From Nakamurella sp. (lineage in GTDB: Bacteria > Actinomycetota > Actinomycetes > Mycobacteriales > Nakamurellaceae): a stretch of DNA of 39,006 nucleotides. The position numbers were made by a program, and so were the translations under genes. Positions within the stretch are counted from its first letter, which is position 1, and each line of letters opens with the position of its first letter. Location of the stretch: the NCBI GenBank assembly GCA_035633315.1, contig DASQFG010000253.1, positions 1-39,006 of the forward strand, given 5' to 3'. Below the pieces are notes generated by a model, which saw only the letters and a list, made by a program, of their open reading frames with translations, was not told the DNA's origin and did no database searches. Positions 30,218 to 39,006 of this stretch are shown here, piece by piece.

Positions 30218-30900
30218 TCACCGTCCCGTGATCAGACTCATCGCCTCGGCGCGCGTCCGGTCCTGCGACTGGAAGATCCCGCGCACGGCGGACGTGGTCG
30301 TCACCGCACCGGGCTTGCGGATCCCGCGCATGGCCATGCACAGATGCTCGGCCTCGATGACCACGATCGCGCCGGCCGGTTGCAGCCGGCGGACCAGGGC
30401 GTCGGCGATCTGGGTGGTCAGCCGCTCCTGGACCTGCGGGCGCTTGGCGTATCCGTCGACCAGCCTGGCCAGCTTGGACAGCCCGGTCACCCGTCCGTTC
30501 GGACCCGGGATGTAGCCGACATGGGCCTTCCCGAAGAACGGCACCAGATGGTGCTCGCAGGTCGAGTACATGTCGATGTCCCGCATCAGGATCATCTCGT
30601 TGTGGTTCTCGTCGAACGACGTGTTCAGCACCGTGTCCGGGTCGGTGTGCAGCCCGGAGAACTGCTCGGCGAAGGCCCTGGCCACCCGGCCAGGGGTACC
30701 GACCAACCCGTCGCGGTCGGGATCCTCGCCGACCGCGAAGAGCAACTCCCGCACTGCCGCCTCGGCCCTGTCCGCGTCGAAGATCGGCGCCACCGGCGGA
30801 GGCATCGGCGCCATCGGCGGAGACACAGTGTCCAGTGCGGACAACCGGGAGCCGGCCGCGCCGTCACCCCCGTCGAGCGCGCCCGAGCCGTCCCGCCCGG

Positions 30901-30904
<4 letters not shown>
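30218..30904 (-). CDS. folE: GTP cyclohydrolase I
   Basis: [49 protein letters not shown]. Confidence 0.97.
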
Positions 30905-33348
<2,444 letters not shown>

Positions 33349-33567
33349 GCGGCTTTCGGCCGCGCGAGCGGCCTCGACCCTCCCTGACGTTCTCGAGTGA
33401 GGCGGCCCGGCTTTCCGGTAGGTCGGGCGGGCAAGCCCGCCACATCCGGGCAGCGCAAGGCGCGACCAGTGGGTTCAGCGTACCGCGCAGGCCTTCGCCG
33501 AACCGTGGTGTTCGCCGACGGGGTAGCTGCTGGGTCGCTGCGCTGCACTACAAGCTGTACTACTCAC

Positions 33568-33597
33568 GGGAACGCCGCCGATGCTTCCGGGGTTCCC
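33568..33597 (-). promoter_or_regulatory. SigE/SigH-type ECF promoter upstream of ftsH (palindromic)
   Basis: Minus strand GGAAC-N17-CGTT; the plus strand also reads GGAAC-N18-GTT. Confidence 0.55.
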
Positions 33598-33618
33598 CGG
33601 GCCGGCCGTCGTCACCCT

Positions 33619-34371
33619 TCAGCGGTACATGTGTTCACCCAGTAACCCGACAAACGGCAGGTCACGGTAACGCTCGCCGTAGTCCAGCCCGTACCCCACG
33701 ACGAAATCGGTCGGAATGTCGAAACCGACATAGCGGACGTCAACATCGACCTTGATCGCCTCGGGTTTGCGCAACAGCGCGACGACGTCGACAGACGCCG
33801 GGCCGCGGGTGGCCAGGTTCCGCAGCAGCCAGGACAACGTGAGCCCGGAGTCGATGATGTCCTCGACGATCACCACCCGGCGGCCGGTGATGTCCCGGTC
33901 GAGGTCCTTGAGGATCCGCACTACGCCGGACGAGGAGGTTGCGGAACCGTAGGAGGTGACGGCCATGAACTCCAGTTCGGAGGGAATGGGCAGGGCCCGC
34001 GCGAAGTCGGTGACGAACATGACCGCACCCTTGAGCACGCAGATCAGCAGCGGCGGGGTGTCCATGTCGTGGTCGGCGGCCACCGCCTTGGCCAGCACGG
34101 CGATCTTCGCCTTGAGGTCGTCCTCGCCGATCAGGATGGCGGCGAGCTCGCCATGATAGCCGTGGTCCGCGCCCGGGTCGGCGTCCCCTATGGGGATCGC
34201 ATCGGCACTGGTGATGCGGGAAGTCAGGTTCGCCCGAGACTCCCCGCCGGGGGGTTTCGAGGCGGAGAGGTTCGCGACGCCGTTGCTGCCTGCTGTGCCG
34301 TCGCTGTACGCCCCGCCTGCTCCGCCCTGGGGCGCTGCTCCGGCCAGAGACGAGGGATCGCTACCAGTCAC
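33619..34371 (-). CDS. hpt: Hypoxanthine phosphoribosyltransferase (possible long N-terminal extension)
   Basis: [49 protein letters not shown]; start uncertain. Confidence 0.95.
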   Translation of the reverse strand: MTGSDPSSLAGAAPQGGAGGAYSDGTAGSNGVANLSASKPPGGESRANLTSRITSADAIPIGDADPGADHGYHGELAAILIGEDDLKAKIAVLAKAVAADHDMDTPPLLICVLKGAVMFVTDFARALPIPSELEFMAVTSYGSATSSSGVVRILKDLDRDITGRRVVIVEDIIDSGLTLSWLLRNLATRGPASVDVVALLRKPEAIKVDVDVRYVGFDIPTDFVVGYGLDYGERYRDLPFVGLLGEHMYR

Positions 34372-34568
34372 GGATTCTCCCCGGTCGGCTCGGGTATGGG
34401 ATCCAGGCGCGGCGCCGGTCCGGCCGTCCGGAATCAGCCTGCCACCCGGACCGGGCGCCGCCGACGGCGGGGCCGACCGGAGACCGACCACCGGCGGCCG
34501 GACGCCGTTCACGTGGAACTGCCGTAGCGCGTTGCGCCGGGCAAATGCTCCGGCGCCACAGACGCCGG

Positions 34569-34725
34569 CTGCGCTGATCAACAACACCGGCCCGGCAGCC
34601 TGCGCTGATCAAACACCGGCCAGGCAGCCTGCGCTGATCAACAACACCGGCCAGGCAGCCTGCGCTGATCAACAACACCCGCAAACCGGACAAAGCACGC
34701 CCAACGCGTGCTTTTGATCAGCGCA
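34569..34725. repeat. Array of ~31-bp tandem repeats plus an inverted core copy
   Basis: CTGCGCTGATCAACAACACCGGCC(A/C)GGCAGC at 34569, 34600 (29 nt), 34629 and partial 34660; inverted TTGATCAGCGCA at 34714-34725. Confidence 0.92.
34692..34715. terminator. Hairpin with short T tracts on both strands downstream of tilS
   Basis: aaagcacgc-ccaac-gcgtgcttt(t). Confidence 0.5.
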
Positions 34726-34744
34726 TGCTCGCCAACGAGTGAAT

Positions 34745-35767
34745 TCAGCCGTCGACCGGGGATCCCAAGGGATGTGGGCCAGCACTTTCCGGACCAATGT
34801 GCCTGAGCCGCAAGCTATTCCCCGTCCGGACCACATCCAAACCACCGGGTACGCGGACCTGCGCCGGCCCCTGCGGATCGGTCAGCTGGGTGATCATCCG
34901 GGTCAGGTGGTCGAAGGTCAGCGGGCCCGCACCGCCGCGGGCCGCCCACCCCCGCAGCACCCTGCCGAGAACCGCGGCGGGCTGTCCGGACAGCGCCGCC
35001 ACGTCCAGCGTCCGGTCGTGACGAACGGCCGAGTCCAGCGCAGCGGCGGCGATCTCGTCCAGCGCGTCCAGGTCGTCGCGCATCAGGCTCGCGGTCCTGG
35101 CCAGCGCGGCCCGTACACCGCCGCCGAGCACCTCTTCGAGCAGCGGCAGCACCTCGCGGCGCAACCGGACCCGGGTGAACGCGGGGTCGGCGTTGTGCGG
35201 GTCCTCCCACGGCTGCAGGCCGGCGACCCGGCAGGCACGCTCGGTGTCGGCCCTGGTGACCGTGAGCAATGGTCGGCCCCACGGCGGACGCCATGGCCGC
35301 ATCCCGGCGATCGACCGAGGTCCCGAACCCCGGGCGAGCCCGAGCAGCACCGTCTCGGCCTGATCGTCCAGGGTGTGGGCGAGCAGCACGGCAGCTTGCA
35401 GACCAACTCGAGAGACGGAGACGGCGTGCGCCCGCAGTGCGGTGTACCGCGCCCGCCGGGCGGCGGCCTCCACACCGCCGGGCCCTTCGACGGTCACCGG
35501 CAGCACGGCGACCTCGGAGTATCCAAGGCGGGTCAGCAGCCGAGCGGTGTCAGCGGCCCGCTCGGCGGACCCGTTCTGCAAGCCGTGATCGACGGTGGCC
35601 GCGCGGACCGGGCGATCGCCGGCCACAGCCAGCACCGCGACGGCCAGGGCCAGCGAGTCCGCGCCGCCCGAGCACGCCACCACCACCGGTTGATCGGTGC
35701 TGACGTGCCCGGCCAGCCAGACCCGCACGGCCGCCATGACCGGAGGGCGATGTGGATCAGCGGACAC
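34745..35767 (-). CDS. tilS: tRNA(Ile)-lysidine synthetase
   Basis: VACSGGADS, VDHGLQ, EAAARRARY, AHTLDDQAETVLL, DPHN, RVRLR. Confidence 0.96.
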   Translation of the reverse strand: MSADPHRPPVMAAVRVWLAGHVSTDQPVVVACSGGADSLALAVAVLAVAGDRPVRAATVDHGLQNGSAERAADTARLLTRLGYSEVAVLPVTVEGPGGVEAAARRARYTALRAHAVSVSRVGLQAAVLLAHTLDDQAETVLLGLARGSGPRSIAGMRPWRPPWGRPLLTVTRADTERACRVAGLQPWEDPHNADPAFTRVRLRREVLPLLEEVLGGGVRAALARTASLMRDDLDALDEIAAAALDSAVRHDRTLDVAALSGQPAAVLGRVLRGWAARGGAGPLTFDHLTRMITQLTDPQGPAQVRVPGGLDVVRTGNSLRLRHIGPESAGPHPLGSPVDG

Positions 35768-35775
35768 GAACCCGC

Positions 35776-36852
35776 TCAGCCGAGCACCCGTCGGACCCAC
35801 GCGGCTGGGTCCGTGATCTCCGGTCTGGTCGGCAGGGTCCCCGGCGAGGTCCAGACGGTGTTGAAGGCCGCCATCCCGACCTGGTCGACGACAGCGCCGA
35901 CGAACGCTCCGCCCTTCACGTACTGGGCCAACTTCATGTCCATGCCCAGCAGCGAACGCAACAGGCGGTCGATCGGGCCCTTGGTCTTGCGGCGGCGTTC
36001 GGTGAAGGAGGCGCGGATCGCGCCGACGGTGGGCACCACCTCAGGACCGACCGCGTCCATCACGAAATCGGCGTGGCCCTCGAGTAAAGCCATAAAGGCC
36101 ATCAGCTGGTCGAAGACGGCCCGCTGCTCCGGTGACTGGATGCCTTCGATCCAGCTCGGCCGGTCCTTGCCGCCAGCGGCCCCGTGCCCGGAAGCCGATG
36201 CGCGCCCGCGCACCGCGTCCACCGCCCTGCGCAGCATGTCCGCGGGATCAGTGTCGGCCTTGTCGGCGAAATCCGCCACCAACGACTGGAAATGGCCACG
36301 CATCCACGGCACCGCGCTGAACTGCAGGCGATGGGTGCTCTCGTGCAGGCACACCCAAAGGCGAAAATCGGTCGGGTCCACCCCGAGTTCGCGTTCGACC
36401 TTGACGATGTTCGGCGCGACCAGCAGCAGCCGTCCCGGGCGCTCCGGGTCACCGCCGATCGGGTCGTACTGGCCGAGCACCTTGCCGGACAGGAAGCCGA
36501 GGACGACCCCGACCTGAGAACCGGCGGCGCTGCGGGTCAGCCCACTACCCGAGCGGCTCATTCCGGTCGCCAGCTTCGAGGTCAGCGGTTCGGCCAGCAC
36601 GGCCATGCCTTCTGCGGTCGCCTTCACCCAGCCCCGGCGGTCGACGATCTCGGCGTCATCGACCGGCAGGTCATGACCGAGGTCGGTGGTCTTGCGCACC
36701 GCGAGTTCGGCCCTGGCGCTGAACGCTCGCAGGTCGGCAACGACGTCGGCCGCCTGGTCGGGGGTGACGGTGGGTCCCGTCGGCGCAAGCCGCTGCCCGG
36801 CGCGCACGGCCGCTGCCCAGTCGATCGGTGCCTGCCCGGTCTGTCCACCCAC
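35776..36852 (-). CDS. Zinc-dependent metalloprotease, 'F420 biosynthesis-associated' family (Rv3626c-like)
   Basis: KVLGQYDP, LLLVAPNI, CLHESTH (HExxH), LEGHADFVMD, KLAQYVKG; leaderless GTG 7 nt after TACCGT. Confidence 0.88.
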   Translation of the reverse strand: MGGQTGQAPIDWAAAVRAGQRLAPTGPTVTPDQAADVVADLRAFSARAELAVRKTTDLGHDLPVDDAEIVDRRGWVKATAEGMAVLAEPLTSKLATGMSRSGSGLTRSAAGSQVGVVLGFLSGKVLGQYDPIGGDPERPGRLLLVAPNIVKVERELGVDPTDFRLWVCLHESTHRLQFSAVPWMRGHFQSLVADFADKADTDPADMLRRAVDAVRGRASASGHGAAGGKDRPSWIEGIQSPEQRAVFDQLMAFMALLEGHADFVMDAVGPEVVPTVGAIRASFTERRRKTKGPIDRLLRSLLGMDMKLAQYVKGGAFVGAVVDQVGMAAFNTVWTSPGTLPTRPEITDPAAWVRRVLG

Positions 36853-36899
36853 GACAGCCACGGTAGAGCAACGCGGACGCGGTGCCCGTCATGACCCGA

Positions 36900-38309
36900 T
36901 CAGACGCAGCCGCAACCACGCAGCCCAGCGGCCAGCGCGTCCAGCGCCGGTCTCGTCCCGGCGCCCACGCCGTTGGAGACGAAGGCGAACACCAGGATCC
37001 GACCATCGACGTCGGGCACGTAGCCGGTCAGCGCGTAGGTGACCTCCAGCGAGCCGGTCTTGGCCCGGACCCACCCGGCGCCGGCGCGGGAACCATCGTC
37101 CTGGAAGCGATCCGCGAGACTGCCGGAGACTCCGGCGATCGGCAACCCGGTCAGCAGGTTCTGCAACGCCGGCGGCTGCCCGGTGACCGCCAGCGACATG
37201 ATCTGCGCCATCACCGCCGGGGGCACCCGGTCCTTCGTCGAGATCCCGGACCCGTCGGCCATCTCGATCCCGATGGTGTCGATCTTCAGGGCTTCCAGCG
37301 CCTCGAGGATGGCGGCCGTCGCGCCGTCGAAGCTGGGCGGTGCGCCGCGGGCGATCGCCACCTGCCGCGCCAGCGCCTCGGCCAGCACGTTGTCCGAATT
37401 CTCCAGGGCCTGCGCCAGCAGCACCGACATCGGTTGGGACGAGACCTGGGCAATCACGGTGCCACCTTCGGGCGCCGAACCCGGGACCATCGGCAGATCA
37501 GGTGTTCCGAGGAATCGGGCCAGAGCCTTGCCCGCGGTGTTCGTCGGGTCCCCGGTGCGGATCGAGTTCTCGTTGGCCGGGTCCTCCCGGTCGCCGTCGA
37601 CCATCAACGGAGACATGCGGGTGATGTAGCCCTGGGCGCTCCCGGGCGTGCCGCGAATGTCGGCGGTCTGCCAACCGTTCGCAAGGTCCGAACCGGTCCA
37701 GTAATCGGTGTCCAGCACGATCCGCTTGACGTCGATGCCGCTGGCCTTCACCTGCGCCGCGAGGTCGGACATCAGCGGGGCGCCGTCGTAGGTCGTGGCC
37801 ACGCCCTCGTTGCGTGCCGACAGCGTGACGTCGCCGCCGCCGACCAGCACGATGTCGCCCTCCTGGTCGCCCTGGACGATCTTGGTGGTGAACCGGTCGG
37901 TGGGGTCGACCGAGGTGAGCAGTGCGGCGCCGGTCAGGATCTTGGCCGTCGAGGCGGGGATCTGCGGCGCGCTGGCGTTCTGGTTGAACAGGGTGGCGCC
38001 GGTGGCCGGGTCGATGACGATCCCGGAGAACTGCGCGAGCCCCGGATTGGCCAGCTGACCGGCCAACTGGGCCTGCACACCGGCCGCGCTCGGCGCCTTG
38101 TCGGAGGCGGGCAGCGGCGCGATCTTCGCCGGCGGCGCAGTCACCGGCGGGTCGACGATCTCCGCCGAGGTCCCGCTCGATGCCTCGGTGTCCGTGGAGC
38201 CGCGCGACGCGATGAACACCGCGGCCCCCACAACGACAAGGGCGACCACCAGCACGCAGACGCCAATGATCACCCCCCGGCGAGACGCGCGTTTCGCGGC
38301 CACGACCAT
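36900..38309 (-). CDS. dacB: D-Ala-D-Ala carboxypeptidase/endopeptidase (PBP4, peptidase S13)
   Basis: PASTAK (SxxK), SDN (SxN), DGSG, AKTGSL (KTG); N-terminal TM anchor. Confidence 0.94.
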   Translation of the reverse strand: MVVAAKRASRRGVIIGVCVLVVALVVVGAAVFIASRGSTDTEASSGTSAEIVDPPVTAPPAKIAPLPASDKAPSAAGVQAQLAGQLANPGLAQFSGIVIDPATGATLFNQNASAPQIPASTAKILTGAALLTSVDPTDRFTTKIVQGDQEGDIVLVGGGDVTLSARNEGVATTYDGAPLMSDLAAQVKASGIDVKRIVLDTDYWTGSDLANGWQTADIRGTPGSAQGYITRMSPLMVDGDREDPANENSIRTGDPTNTAGKALARFLGTPDLPMVPGSAPEGGTVIAQVSSQPMSVLLAQALENSDNVLAEALARQVAIARGAPPSFDGATAAILEALEALKIDTIGIEMADGSGISTKDRVPPAVMAQIMSLAVTGQPPALQNLLTGLPIAGVSGSLADRFQDDGSRAGAGWVRAKTGSLEVTYALTGYVPDVDGRILVFAFVSNGVGAGTRPALDALAAGLRGCGCV

Positions 38310-38557
38310 TCCTCCTGACGCTCACATTTCCCCGGCGATCGTTCAGCGGCGCCGGGTGACCGCCCGAGTGCGCCGGTCATCGCCCCACGACGAGCCCGGC
38401 AACTCCGACCAGACTAGGGTCTTCGAAGGCCCACGCCGGGCCTCCGACCCGTCGGCGCAGGGAGATGGTGCCCTGGTGCGGTGGTCCCGGCGCCGACCGG
38501 CCACCCGCTCGGCCGTGAGCGGCCGACTTGGCCCACGCAACCTGAAAGGTGGCACTG

Positions 38558-39006
38558 GTGGAATTCGACGTCACCATCGAGATCCCCAAAGGCAGTCGCA
38601 ACAAGTACGAGGTGGACCATCATTCCGGCCGGATCCGGCTGGATCGCACGCTCTTCACGGCGACCCAGTATCCGGCGGATTACGGGTTCATCGACGACAC
38701 CCTCGGCCAGGACGGCGACCCGCTGGACGCGCTGGTGCTGCTATCCGAACCGACGTTCCCGGGGTGCCTGGTGACCGCCCGGGCAATCGGCATGTTCCGG
38801 ATGACGGACGAGGCCGGACCAGACGACAAGGTGCTGTGCGTGTCCGCACACGACCCGCGGCAGAACCACCTCAAGGACATCGACGACCTGCCGGTGTTCG
38901 AGCGCCTGGAGATCCAGCACTTCTTCGAGGTCTACAAGGACCTCGAGCCCGGAAAGAGCGTCGAGGGCGCCAACTGGGTCGGCCGCGCGGCCGCGGAGAC
39001 GGAGAT
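38558..39006 (+). CDS. ppa: Inorganic pyrophosphatase (3' end outside window)
   Basis: Translated by hand: [65 protein letters not shown]. Confidence 0.96.
   Translation, partial: MEFDVTIEIPKGSRNKYEVDHHSGRIRLDRTLFTATQYPADYGFIDDTLGQDGDPLDALVLLSEPTFPGCLVTARAIGMFRMTDEAGPDDKVLCVSAHDPRQNHLKDIDDLPVFERLEIQHFFEVYKDLEPGKSVEGANWVGRAAAETE

Noticed and set aside
34569..34680. Mini-CRISPR array
   Set aside because: Units are head-to-tail with no unique spacers, and there are no cas genes in the window.
38460..38535. Canonical fluoride or ykkC-type riboswitch call upstream of ppa
   Set aside because: Only short word matches; the 3' consensus and pseudoknot were not found, so it is kept only as a generic structured leader.

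Overview
A high-GC actinomycete core-chromosome segment, mostly on the minus strand. In transcription order it runs: ppa (divergent, partial), dacB, a Zn-metalloprotease, tilS, hpt, ftsH, folE-folP-folB-folK, DUF3180, an opposite-strand pair (methyltransferase plus a Cys/His protein), lysS, lsr2 and clpC. Next come an opposite-strand beta-carbonic anhydrase-mutY-HIT group, a membrane protein, opposite-strand LpqE-like-radA-disA, carD, fused ispDF, proC, an HTH protein, bS22, an SDR, an acyltransferase, a HAD hydrolase, an acyl-CoA synthetase, an acyl-CoA dehydrogenase, a glutaredoxin, rex and hemD (partial). Gene order matches Streptomyces, Mycobacterium and related actinomycetes; the genus cannot be fixed from this window. 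No mobile element, CRISPR array, rRNA or tRNA was recognised. The departures from the usual arrangement are: (1) hemA-hemC are absent between rex and hemD, replaced by a repeat-built 79-codon Cys/His-rich ORF overlapping both neighbours; (2) the acyl-CoA synthetase homologue lacks its P-loop and catalytic Lys; (3) a frameshifted HIT gene; (4) a frameshifted DUF4436-like remnant between ispDF and proC; (5) the pan genes are replaced by the opposite-strand gene pair; (6) two intergenic repeat arrays share a GCTGATCA core, and a (GGGGTC)n tract could form a G-quadruplex. Readable regulatory sites include candidate Rex, CRP/GlxR, PafBC, ClgR and SigH/SigE elements and several leaderless starts. 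All family calls come from reading motifs by eye, not from database searches.
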